Of a stretch of 64,000 bases of DNA, positions 18,006-26,744 are shown in pieces; the first letter of the stretch is position 1, and each line of letters opens with the position of its first letter. A program made the position numbers and the translations under genes. Source of the DNA: Bacteriovoracaceae bacterium (GTDB lineage: Bacteria; Bdellovibrionota; Bacteriovoracia; Bacteriovoracales; Bacteriovoracaceae); contig JBLWTJ010000005.1 of assembly GCA_048270185.1 (NCBI GenBank), forward strand, positions 12,136 to 76,135, in the 5' to 3' direction. The notes below the pieces were generated by a model. The model saw only the letters and a program-made list of their open reading frames with translations. It had not been told where the DNA came from and made no database searches.

Positions 18006-20257
18006 TGGCCGATGGTCATATTATTACAGTTATTGGCGGTAAAGGTGGAGTTGGTAAATCTCAAGTTGCTACAAACCTTGCTTTCGCATTTAGCGGAGAG
18101 AAGCGCTCTAAGACATTACTTCTTGATTTTGACCAGAGAGCTAGTGGAGATCTAAATCTTCTAACTGGAATCAAAACAAATAAGAATTTAAAAGACCTTT
18201 TTAATTTTAATGGAAATATAGATCCTAGAACTTTTCAGCCATTTGTAAATATGCATCCAAGCGGTGTTCACTATATTGGTCTTCCTAATGATCCTATTGC
18301 GACAGAGGGAATGAGCGTTGATGGAGCTGGTAAAGTTTTAAAGGCAGTAAAGAGTATGTATCCGACAACGATCATTGATGTTGGTACTGAAATTACTGAA
18401 CTTACTGCAAAGGCACTTGAGCATTCAACGATGATCTTAGTCGTTATTACTCCTGACTTGTTGGCCTTAAATCAAACAAAGAGGCTGGTTTCAGAACTCA
18501 TTACAATGATGTTTCCAAAAGAGATGATTCACTTTGTCTTTAATCAGGCGGTAAAAGGGCATCCGGTAACAGCTGAGGTCGCAGGTAAGTCTGTCGGGCG
18601 TCCTGTCCTTGGGCAAATCTTAAAAGATGAGCAAACTTGTGCCATGGCCATTAATCAGAAAAAACCTGTGTTGGTTGCTGCTAAAAATAGTCCATTTGCA
18701 AAAGGAATTATTGAACTTACCCGTACTATTAACGGTAAGGGGATTCTTAATCAATTGGCCAAGCTTAACAAACCAAGTGAAGTTGGTGTTAAGAAAGAGC
18801 GCGCAACTGGTGCCGAGGCCAATAGTTGGCGTGATCTGAAACTTAGAATTCACAAAGGTCTTGTCGAAGAGATGGATCTTTCAAAAGATGATGATAATGA
18901 TCCAAAAGCAAAGATTATTTTAAAAGAGAAGACTAAGAAAGTTGTTATTGATCTACTTGGAAAAGAAGATACAAAAGGGATTCTAAATAGTCGCGAAGAC
19001 ATGAATAGTATCGTAAAGGAGATCCTCGACGAGGCTCTAGGACTGGGTCCTTTAGAAGATCTTTTAGCTGATACAACTGTTTCTGAGATTATGGTCGTTG
19101 GCCCAAATAAAATCTACTATGAAGAAGATGGTAAGGTAAAGCTTTCAAAAGTTACTTTTTCAAACGATCGCCAGGTTCTAAACGTTATTGAAAGAATCGT
19201 TGCTCCAATTGGCCGTCGTATTGATGAGAAGACTCCATATGTTGATGCTCGTCTACATGATGGCTCGAGGGTACACGCAATTATTCCTCCATCGGCCATC
19301 GATGGTTGTTGTATTACAATTCGAAAATTCCCTGAAGAGAGACTCACTTATAAGCACCTTGTAGAGTTTGGTTCACTTACTCAAAACATGGCGGACTTCT
19401 TAAGGATTGCTGTTGAAGGTCACAAGAATATTATTGTTTCCGGTGGTACTGGTTCCGGGAAAACGACTCTAGTAAACGTTCTTGGAAGTTTTATTCAAGC
19501 AAATGAACGTATTATTACATGTGAAGATTCGGCCGAACTTAGTTTCCCGCAAGAACACGTTGTCAGGCTTGAGACTCGACCGCCGTCACTTGAGGGAGAT
19601 GGTGAGATTGATATTCGCTGTCTTGTAAAGCAATGTCTAAGAATGCGTCCCGAACGTATTGTTGTTGGTGAGTGTCGTGGTGGTGAAACTCTGGATATGT
19701 TACAAGCAATGGGGACTGGGCACGATGGATCTCTTACGACGGTTCACTCGAATAATCCAAGAGAGTGTATAGGGCGTATCGAGACTCTTGTTCAGTATGC
19801 AGGTGCTGGTCTTACTCCAAAAGCAATTCGTGAAATGATTGCCAATGCAGTTCACTTAATTATTCAAGCATCTCGTCTTGATGATGGTTCTCGTAAAATT
19901 ACTCACATCACTGAAATTGGTGGTATTCAAGGAGAGGTTGTAACTCTTCAGGATATTTTCCTCTTTCAACAAAAAGATATTGATAAGAATGGAAAGATTA
20001 TTGGTGCTCACCAAGCAACTGGTTTCATTCCCAAGTTTATCGAAACTCTTGAGAGACAAGGATATAATATCCCACGTGGATTATTTTCAAATGCCCCTGG
20101 AAGTGCTCCAGCAGCTAAGGCTCCACCTCCAAAACCTCGCCCACCAGGTCCTCCTGGTGCTCAAGGAAGTCAAGGTCAACAACGTCCTAAACCAGGCCAA
20201 CCTCAACAGAGACCGCGTCCTGCTAATGGTGCCCCTCCTGTAAAGAAGAAGGCATAG
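18005..20257 (+). CDS. tadA: Fused CpaE/TadZ (MinD-like) and CpaF/TadA pilus ATPase
   Basis: N-terminal GGKGGVGKS deviant Walker A; C-terminal GLGPLEDLL, SGGTGSGKTT, LRMRPERIVVGECRG, TGHDGS; Pro/Gln-rich tail. Confidence 0.92.
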   Translation: MADGHIITVIGGKGGVGKSQVATNLAFAFSGEKRSKTLLLDFDQRASGDLNLLTGIKTNKNLKDLFNFNGNIDPRTFQPFVNMHPSGVHYIGLPNDPIATEGMSVDGAGKVLKAVKSMYPTTIIDVGTEITELTAKALEHSTMILVVITPDLLALNQTKRLVSELITMMFPKEMIHFVFNQAVKGHPVTAEVAGKSVGRPVLGQILKDEQTCAMAINQKKPVLVAAKNSPFAKGIIELTRTINGKGILNQLAKLNKPSEVGVKKERATGAEANSWRDLKLRIHKGLVEEMDLSKDDDNDPKAKIILKEKTKKVVIDLLGKEDTKGILNSREDMNSIVKEILDEALGLGPLEDLLADTTVSEIMVVGPNKIYYEEDGKVKLSKVTFSNDRQVLNVIERIVAPIGRRIDEKTPYVDARLHDGSRVHAIIPPSAIDGCCITIRKFPEERLTYKHLVEFGSLTQNMADFLRIAVEGHKNIIVSGGTGSGKTTLVNVLGSFIQANERIITCEDSAELSFPQEHVVRLETRPPSLEGDGEIDIRCLVKQCLRMRPERIVVGECRGGETLDMLQAMGTGHDGSLTTVHSNNPRECIGRIETLVQYAGAGLTPKAIREMIANAVHLIIQASRLDDGSRKITHITEIGGIQGEVVTLQDIFLFQQKDIDKNGKIIGAHQATGFIPKFIETLERQGYNIPRGLFSNAPGSAPAAKAPPPKPRPPGPPGAQGSQGQQRPKPGQPQQRPRPANGAPPVKKKA

Positions 20258-20271
20258 GGAAGAGGTAGTTT

Positions 20272-21162
20272 ATGAGTTTCTTTATTGAACAACTAGGAAG
20301 AACAGGTTTAATCGTAACGATAGGTTTGATCTTTTTTCTATTTTGTTATCGATACTCTGTGGGAATCTTTGATCTTATTGAGAAGCAAACATTTGGAACA
20401 CGTACATATATCTTAGAAAAGTTTGAATTATTATTCATTGATGTAAACCCGGATCATGTTACTTATGCGCTCTTAGGGCTATCTTTTGGATTGGGGACAA
20501 TTACATTATTAATTGTCGGGGCCATAGGAAGTTGGACTGGGGGAGCATTTCTCGGGCTACTTGTTGGTTTTATTGGTTTTAAAGCACCCAAGCCTGTCGT
20601 GGATCATCTCGTTAATAAGCGAATCTTAGCCTATCAAGACCAGATGGTTGATGGCCTAACTCTTCTTTCAAACGGGCTTAGAGCAGGACTATCTGTACCT
20701 CAGGCCTTAGGAATGGTGGTGGATGAGATGCCACCTCCAATTTCGGAAGAGTTTAATATTATTCTTCAACAGAACCGAGTTGGGGTGACTTTGGAAGAGT
20801 GCTTCGAAAATTTGGCAGTTAGAATTCCTACTCAAGACAATGATATGTTCGTTTCAAGTGTAAATATTCTACGCGAAACTGGTGGTAATCTTGCCGAAGT
20901 TTTTGACACTATTGTTGGTGTGATTCGCGAACGTATCAGATTGAAGCAAAAAATTGATACGGCGACAGCGCAAGGAAAGTTCCAAGGCCTTACAATTGCA
21001 GCAATGCCCTTTGTAATTCTAGGGATTTTCTCGGCCAATGACCCAACCCTTCTTCCTAAGATGTTTTCGTCGATTATTGGAATTGCCTTATTTGTAGTCG
21101 CCTGTATTTTAGACGGTATTGGGACCTTCTTTATCCTAAAAATCGTAAAAATTAAGGATTAA
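20272..21162 (+). CDS. tadB: TadB inner-membrane platform protein (T2SS F domain)
   Basis: LSNGLRAGLSVPQAL, PISEEF, RETGGNLAEVFD, TAQGK. Confidence 0.9.
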   Translation: MSFFIEQLGRTGLIVTIGLIFFLFCYRYSVGIFDLIEKQTFGTRTYILEKFELLFIDVNPDHVTYALLGLSFGLGTITLLIVGAIGSWTGGAFLGLLVGFIGFKAPKPVVDHLVNKRILAYQDQMVDGLTLLSNGLRAGLSVPQALGMVVDEMPPPISEEFNIILQQNRVGVTLEECFENLAVRIPTQDNDMFVSSVNILRETGGNLAEVFDTIVGVIRERIRLKQKIDTATAQGKFQGLTIAAMPFVILGIFSANDPTLLPKMFSSIIGIALFVVACILDGIGTFFILKIVKIKD

Positions 21163-21176
21163 AGTTAATATATGTT

Positions 21177-21203
21177 TAAGTTTTAGTTGGGGAACTCCGA
21201 TAG
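21177..21203 (+). promoter_or_regulatory. Sigma28-like promoter of the YD-repeat/hit-like genes
   Basis: TAAG-N15-TCCGATAG, 46 nt upstream of ATG 21250. Confidence 0.5.
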
Positions 21204-21249
21204 GACTAGGGAGAGAATTTAGATTCTTTAACTAAAAAGGAAATGAGTC

Positions 21250-22881
21250 ATGAGGATCAGTTTAAAGTTATTAGTATTATGTTTATTTTCGCTTGCTTCA
21301 ATTGCAGGTGTGAATCTTAAAAACGGTAATTTCTACATTACATATACGGATATTATTGTACCGGGTGGTGGAAATGACCTTGTTATTGAGAGAACTTATA
21401 ACTCGAAATCTCCTTCTAAGGGATGGTTTGGTTTTGGTTGGGGTTCTGATTACGAGACGTACTTAGTCGTTTCAGCGGATGGTTCTGTAACTGTTCACGA
21501 AAATGGTTCAGGTGCAAAGACTCGTTTTACTCCAAGAACGGCCGTTGACCCTAAAGCTGCAGCTGAAAAGATCGTTGATGTAATGAGAAAGAAAACATCA
21601 CTTTCTGCAAATGTTGCAAAAACTCTGGTTACGAAGCTATCTAATGATGCTGAATTAAGACAAGCCTATGCTAAGAAGTTTAACGTTTCATCTGATCTTG
21701 CAGTAGGGACTGAGCTTTACTCAAACGTAAGAGGTCTGCAGAAAATTGTTAAAACTGCTAAGGGTTATATTAGAAAGTATAATGACGGTAAAGAAAACGT
21801 TTTCAATAAAGATGGAAAGCTTGTCGAAGTAAAGGATAAGAACGGATACGTTGTTAAACTTGATTTTACAAAAGATGGAACTCTTAAATCAATCAAAGAC
21901 TCAATGGCAAAACAAATCTTTCTTAAATGGTACCCAAATGGACTAGTAAAGTCTGTTGAATCTGGTGCTGGAAAGAAAACTGTTTATACATATGACTCTG
22001 ATTATAACTTAACTGAAGCTAACGATATCTCTGGAAATGACTTTAAATATTCATACGATGCTAACCACAATATGACTTCGATTACTTATAGTGATGGAAC
22101 AAAGCAAGAAATCACTTATGAGAAGAAAACACAATTTGTTTCACAACTAAAAAAGAGAAGTGGTGAAGTTGTAAAATACACTTATGAAAGTAACCCTAAG
22201 AACCCAGACTATCACTACTGGACTCTTGTTGCTAAGAAATCACCAACTAAGAAAGAAGTTGTGAATCGTTATGAATACGAAATTAAGAAGAAACCAGATG
22301 GATCACACTATACTTACCGTATTCTTACTGTGATCAATGGTCTTAAGACAGAAACTGTTTATACTGAATGTTGTTCTCTACCAAAGCAAATTAAGAGAGG
22401 GAATCACGTTACAAACTTTGAATACAATAAAGACGGACTTCTCGTTAAGAAAAACTCTTCACGTGGTGACTTCGTTGAACTTGCTTACCACAAGAAGTTT
22501 AAGAAGATCACTAAAGTGGTAAACGCTCGTGGTTGGACTGAGTTTGATTACGACAAGAAAGGTAACTTAAAGAAAGCTAATAACTCTAAAGGTATGTCAG
22601 TTGTTCTTCTATACGATTCAAAGGGTCGTATCTCGAAAATGATGGACTTCAATAAGCATACTAAGCAAAAGAGAGCTCTTGAATTTCAATACAATGCTCA
22701 AGGTAAGCCAGTTGAAATTACAATGAATAAAGTTGGTAAAATTAACGTTAAATACGATAACTACGGTGAAATTTTAAAAGTTGAATCGAAAGCAGGACAC
22801 AAGATGGCCTTACAAGTAACACAGGCCTTCCAATCACTTTTAGCTATTGTTAAACCTGCTGGTGTAAACCTAAATATGTAA
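21250..22881 (+). CDS. Secreted YD/RHS-repeat protein, Bd0109-like
   Basis: Sec signal, DUF6531-like ERTYNS..GWFGFGWGS, many Y-D/N-x-x-G repeats, no DPxG core or toxin tail; directly downstream of tadB as in the B. bacteriovorus hit locus. Confidence 0.85.
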   Translation: MRISLKLLVLCLFSLASIAGVNLKNGNFYITYTDIIVPGGGNDLVIERTYNSKSPSKGWFGFGWGSDYETYLVVSADGSVTVHENGSGAKTRFTPRTAVDPKAAAEKIVDVMRKKTSLSANVAKTLVTKLSNDAELRQAYAKKFNVSSDLAVGTELYSNVRGLQKIVKTAKGYIRKYNDGKENVFNKDGKLVEVKDKNGYVVKLDFTKDGTLKSIKDSMAKQIFLKWYPNGLVKSVESGAGKKTVYTYDSDYNLTEANDISGNDFKYSYDANHNMTSITYSDGTKQEITYEKKTQFVSQLKKRSGEVVKYTYESNPKNPDYHYWTLVAKKSPTKKEVVNRYEYEIKKKPDGSHYTYRILTVINGLKTETVYTECCSLPKQIKRGNHVTNFEYNKDGLLVKKNSSRGDFVELAYHKKFKKITKVVNARGWTEFDYDKKGNLKKANNSKGMSVVLLYDSKGRISKMMDFNKHTKQKRALEFQYNAQGKPVEITMNKVGKINVKYDNYGEILKVESKAGHKMALQVTQAFQSLLAIVKPAGVNLNM

Positions 22882-22894
22882 TTGGAGGGAGATT

Positions 22895-23095
22895 ATGAAG
22901 AAGTTATTAATGGTTTTATTTTTAATGTCATCAGTTAGCACTGCTGTTTATGCAGATGGAGCAACTGATAAGGAAACTCCAACTGGTTGTGGTGATAATA
23001 TCGAAGCTACTCGTTGTAAAGATTGTACAAAAAAAGATCCAGTTGGTGGTGATGCTGATAAGAAAAAAGTTAATCCAACAGCAATTAAGAAATAA
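22895..23095 (+). CDS. Small secreted protein, probable Bd0108 (Hit) counterpart
   Basis: Signal peptide ending AVYA, low-complexity mature part with CKDC, RBS GGAGG; directly after the Bd0109-like gene. Confidence 0.7.
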   Translation: MKKLLMVLFLMSSVSTAVYADGATDKETPTGCGDNIEATRCKDCTKKDPVGGDADKKKVNPTAIKK

Positions 23096-23121
23096 TTTAT
23101 GTAATAATTCAATAATTTAGG

Positions 23122-23155
23122 AAAAGGCCCTCTTTAATATGAGGGCCTTTTTTTT
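23122..23155 (+). terminator. Rho-independent terminator
   Basis: AAAAGGCCCTC-TTTAATAT-GAGGGCC followed by a T-tract. Confidence 0.9.
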
Positions 23156-23201
23156 GTCTAAATACTATTCACTGTCTAAAAATAATCACTTCCAAATTTT
23201 C

Positions 23202-23244
23202 TAACCTGTTAATATCACAAGTGAAAAGTTGGCACTATCATTGC
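23202..23244 (+). promoter_or_regulatory. Sigma54 promoter with upstream IHF-like site
   Basis: TGGCAC-TATCA-TTGC (23230-23244); reverse-strand TATTAA-CAGG-TTA at 23202-23214. Confidence 0.8.
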
Positions 23245-23281
23245 TTTATATATTACAAACACACCAACCAATGGGGGAATT

Positions 23282-23464
23282 ATGAAAAAGTTAGCATTAG
23301 TATTCTTATTTTTATTAAGTACAACTTCGGTTTTTGCAGTATCTGAAAAAGACACAGACTGTTCAAAGATCAACGCAAGTAATGATCAAGTTTCAAGTAT
23401 GGAAGTTGCAGCACAAGGTGGAGTAAAAACTCCAGTAAAAGGTAGTGCATCTTCTGGAAAGTAA
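23282..23464 (+). CDS. Small secreted protein (60 aa)
   Basis: MKKL..SVFA signal peptide, EKDTDC, own promoter, RBS and terminator. Confidence 0.8.
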   Translation: MKKLALVFLFLLSTTSVFAVSEKDTDCSKINASNDQVSSMEVAAQGGVKTPVKGSASSGK

Positions 23465-23506
23465 AATTAAATAAAATAAACCCAAACCCAAATCCTACTC
23501 CTTATG

Positions 23507-23535
23507 AAAAAGCTCAGTCATTGACTGGGCTTTTT
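23507..23535 (+). terminator. Rho-independent terminator
   Basis: AAAAAGCTCAGTC-ATT-GACTGGGCTTTTT. Confidence 0.85.
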
Positions 23536-23573
23536 ATATTCCATATTGTCAAAGTTCAGCTATAATAAGACCT

Positions 23574-24941
23574 ATGGAAAATTCAATAAAAGCAATCTAT
23601 GAGGCCCAGAGAGGGCGTAAGAACTTAACTCGCTATGAAGATCGAATTAGTGCATTGGAAGCCTTAGAAGAGCAAATTTTGGCTTCTGAAGGCGAGATCA
23701 TCGAAGCCCTTAAAAAGGATCTTGGAAAGCCTGTATTCGAGTCGTACCTTTCAGAGATCGACTTCACCCTTCATGAGATTAAGCTGGTCAAAGATAAGCT
23801 CAAAAAATGGATGGCCCCAGTGACTGTTTCAACTCCAATGGCATTTGCTCCGGCCAAAAGCTATATTCATCATGAGCCCTATGGCCAGGTACTTGTAATC
23901 GCCCCTTGGAACTATCCATTTCAGCTTTCAATAGTTCCTCTCATTGGCGCTATTTCGGCAGGGAATAAAGTTATTCTAAAGCCATCTGAGATGGCCCCAA
24001 ATACATCACATATTATCAATAAGATCGTTACCAATGCTTTTGATAGTGAAATTGCTGCTGTTGTAGAGGGCGCTGTAGAGGAGACAACAGAGCTTCTTTC
24101 ACTTAAATTTGATTATATCTTCTATACAGGAAATGGACACGTCGCCCGTATTATCATGGCCGCAGCGGCAAAGAACTTAACACCAGTTACTTTAGAGCTT
24201 GGTGGAAAGTCTCCGGCCATTGTCATGACAGAAAATATCGATCTTGCAGCAAAACGAATTGTATGGGGAAAATTCTTTAATGCAGGTCAAACATGTGTAG
24301 CACCAGACTATGTTCTTATTAAGAAAGAAGATGAAGCTTCGTTTATTGAAGCTTCGAAGAAGTGGTTAAAAAACTTTTACTCAAATGAAGTTAAAAATAG
24401 TGATGACTATGGACGTATAGTTAATGAAAGACATTTTGATCGTATCTCCGAATTAATAGGAAATGATGAAGTCTTAATTGGTGGTGATGTTGATAAGTCG
24501 CAATTATATATTTCTCCAACATACTTAAGATCAACAGCTGAAAGCAAGGCCATGGCCGGTGAGATTTTTGGGCCAATTCTTCCTATTGTTCACACTGATA
24601 ACTTGGCCAGTGCAATTAATTTTATCAATCAATTCGATAAGCCTCTTGCCTGTTACCCATTTGTCGATTCAAGTTCAGATAAGGATTTAGTTGTTGAACA
24701 GATTAGCTGTGGTGGAATGGTACTTAACGATACAATCGTACATCTTTCAAATGAGAAACTACCTTTTGGTGGAGTTGGTGAGTCAGGCATGGGAATGTAC
24801 CATGGTAAGTATTCATTTGAGACTTTCTCTCATAAGAAGGCGGTTATGAATCGTAGCTTCAAGCTAGAAAATAATTTGCGCTACCCACCCTATGAAGGAA
24901 AGGTTTCCTTTGTAAGAAAGTTGATGTCGCTTCTTCCTTAA
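23574..24941 (+). CDS. Aldehyde dehydrogenase (ALDH3/fatty aldehyde type)
   Basis: PWNYP, KPSE, LELGGKSP, NAGQTCVAPDY, EIFGP, FGGVGESGMG. Confidence 0.93.
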   Translation: MENSIKAIYEAQRGRKNLTRYEDRISALEALEEQILASEGEIIEALKKDLGKPVFESYLSEIDFTLHEIKLVKDKLKKWMAPVTVSTPMAFAPAKSYIHHEPYGQVLVIAPWNYPFQLSIVPLIGAISAGNKVILKPSEMAPNTSHIINKIVTNAFDSEIAAVVEGAVEETTELLSLKFDYIFYTGNGHVARIIMAAAAKNLTPVTLELGGKSPAIVMTENIDLAAKRIVWGKFFNAGQTCVAPDYVLIKKEDEASFIEASKKWLKNFYSNEVKNSDDYGRIVNERHFDRISELIGNDEVLIGGDVDKSQLYISPTYLRSTAESKAMAGEIFGPILPIVHTDNLASAINFINQFDKPLACYPFVDSSSDKDLVVEQISCGGMVLNDTIVHLSNEKLPFGGVGESGMGMYHGKYSFETFSHKKAVMNRSFKLENNLRYPPYEGKVSFVRKLMSLLP

Positions 24942-24986
24942 TTTTATTTAAATTTTCAATTCAAATAACAGTGCTATAATTTTCTT

Positions 24987-26060
24987 ATGAAAAAACAGCA
25001 CTGTTATATTTTGTTATTCTTATTGTTTTCAATTTCAATCAATACTTTTGCAAAAGTTTCGGCAATTGAAGTACTTAAAGTAAAAGACATCATTTGGGGA
25101 ATGGATTTCATCAGTGAATATGAAATTTTACTGACTGAACGCGATGGTCGAATAAGCCATGCAAATCTACTGACAAAAGTTGTGACACCTGTCACGACTC
25201 CCAAAGTAAAGGCTCGTGGTCAAGGTGGAATGCTTGATGTGGCCATTAAGAAAATTGGACAAAAAACTTATGCTTATTACACTTTCTCTATGGAGGAAAA
25301 TGATAGTCTTTTCACAGCTCTAGGACGTGCCGAGTATAAGAATAAAGCACTTATCAAGCCTGAGATTCTTTTCAAATCCAAAATCAAAAGTGATACCACT
25401 AGACATTTTGGCTCAAGAGTTGCGTTCAAAGACAATCATATCTTTATGACTGTGGGAGATCGTGGTGAAAGAAAATATGCACAAGATCTAAGTGTACATA
25501 ATGGAAAAGTCCTAAGGCTTAATTTAGATGGTAGTGCTGCTAAAGGGAATCCTTTTGAAGCAAAGCCAGGTGCCCTAAAAGAGATCTATAGTTATGGTCA
25601 TCGAAATCCTCAAGGAATTGCCATTTCTCAAAGCGGGAATGTGTATAGCTGTGAATTTGGTCCTCGTGGTGGAGATGAATTAAATCTTGTTGAAGCAGGT
25701 AAGAACTACGGCTGGCCAATCATAACTTACGGAAGTGAATACTGGGGACCAAGTATTGGAACCACTCAAAAACCAGGACTCGAGCAACCTCTTGTCCATT
25801 GGACTCCAAGTATTTCTCCATCTGGAATGGCCATTTACGAAGCAGATCTTCACAAACAATGGAAAGGGCATATTCTAATGGCCGCTTTAGGAAGTGAGCA
25901 TCTTAGGCTTGTGAAGCTTAACGGGAATAAAGTTGTCGCTCAAGAAGCCTACTTAGAAGACCTCGAAGAGCGTATGAGACAAGTAAGAGTTTCTCCTAAG
26001 GGTGAAGTCTACCTGACAACTGATTCTGGTAAAATCTTGAAAGTAACGTATAAAAAATAG
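24987..26060 (+). CDS. PQQ-dependent soluble sugar dehydrogenase (YliI/GSDH family)
   Basis: Signal peptide, GQGGMLD, HFGSR, YGHRNPQG, GPRGGDELN, NYGWP. Confidence 0.9.
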   Translation: MKKQHCYILLFLLFSISINTFAKVSAIEVLKVKDIIWGMDFISEYEILLTERDGRISHANLLTKVVTPVTTPKVKARGQGGMLDVAIKKIGQKTYAYYTFSMEENDSLFTALGRAEYKNKALIKPEILFKSKIKSDTTRHFGSRVAFKDNHIFMTVGDRGERKYAQDLSVHNGKVLRLNLDGSAAKGNPFEAKPGALKEIYSYGHRNPQGIAISQSGNVYSCEFGPRGGDELNLVEAGKNYGWPIITYGSEYWGPSIGTTQKPGLEQPLVHWTPSISPSGMAIYEADLHKQWKGHILMAALGSEHLRLVKLNGNKVVAQEAYLEDLEERMRQVRVSPKGEVYLTTDSGKILKVTYKK

Positions 26061-26104
26061 ACGGCCTTTAAAATTTATACACTTAGATAATTGAGTACTG
26101 AGGG

Positions 26105-26148
26105 TAAGTTATTGAAATGCTGAACTTCTTTTTGGCACACTATCTGCA
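26105..26148 (+). promoter_or_regulatory. Sigma54 promoter with upstream IHF-like site
   Basis: TGGCAC-ACTAT-CTGCA (26133-26148); reverse-strand TTTCAA-TAAC-TTA at 26105-26117. Confidence 0.72.
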
Positions 26149-26184
26149 TTAGTAATAGTGAGAAATAATAAAAGGAGAAGTATT

Positions 26185-26397
26185 ATGAAAAAGTTATTCT
26201 TAGTTTCAATTTTATCGCTTTTAACAAGTTATGTTCTTGCTGGTGTAAGAGAGACTCCAACAGATACATCGACCAATTCAATTTGCGTTCGTAAATCTTT
26301 GAATTTGAAAATGAAAATGCAGGAAATTGATAAATTAATTGCTAAGTCTGAGTCATCTAAGAAAAAAGATGTGAATTCGAAATCTAATATTCAATAA
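26185..26397 (+). CDS. Small secreted protein (70 aa)
   Basis: ATG 26185 after AAGGAG; MKKL..YVLA signal peptide; ETPTD and a single Cys. Confidence 0.75.
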   Translation: MKKLFLVSILSLLTSYVLAGVRETPTDTSTNSICVRKSLNLKMKMQEIDKLIAKSESSKKKDVNSKSNIQ

Positions 26398-26399
26398 TA

Positions 26400-26741
26400 T
26401 TAGTTTTCTCGTAATACTTTTAGCAGGGCCTCACGTTCTTCAACTGTGTATTCACCATGTTGATAATCATCAAGAGCGTCGAGGTCCTGAGCTTTCTTGG
26501 CAATTCCAGACGAATTTCTTTTCACTGTATCAACTTTCTTAGCAGTATTATTAAACAACTTTACCGTCATATCTTTACCTTCACTAAGGCTTGTATTGAT
26601 ATAGAAGGCAATTGTTGAATAGACTTTACTTGTAAAAGGCTTAAGTGGCTTATTCATACTATCAAAGACAGTAGATTTCTGAGAAACAGGAAATGCTAGG
26701 ATAAGAAAACTAAATGAAAAATAAATTAAAAATCTTAGCAT
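26400..26741 (-). CDS. Hypothetical membrane-anchored protein
   Basis: N-terminal hydrophobic helix; follows the receiver gene closely. Confidence 0.6.
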   Translation of the reverse strand: MLRFLIYFSFSFLILAFPVSQKSTVFDSMNKPLKPFTSKVYSTIAFYINTSLSEGKDMTVKLFNNTAKKVDTVKRNSSGIAKKAQDLDALDDYQHGEYTVEEREALLKVLREN

Positions 26742-26744
26742 TAA

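Noticed and set aside
17585..18064. 159-aa antisense ORF over cpaC
   Set aside because: Shadow of a well-supported gene; S/L/I-rich and motif-free.
20090..20250. GC-richer repetitive stretch as a DNA repeat or insertion
   Set aside because: Explained by Pro/Gly/Gln codons of the TadA tail; no exact repeat unit.
21250..23095. Rhs toxin-immunity pair
   Set aside because: No PxxxxDPxG core or toxin domain; the downstream ORF is a secreted disordered peptide; the context matches the hit locus.
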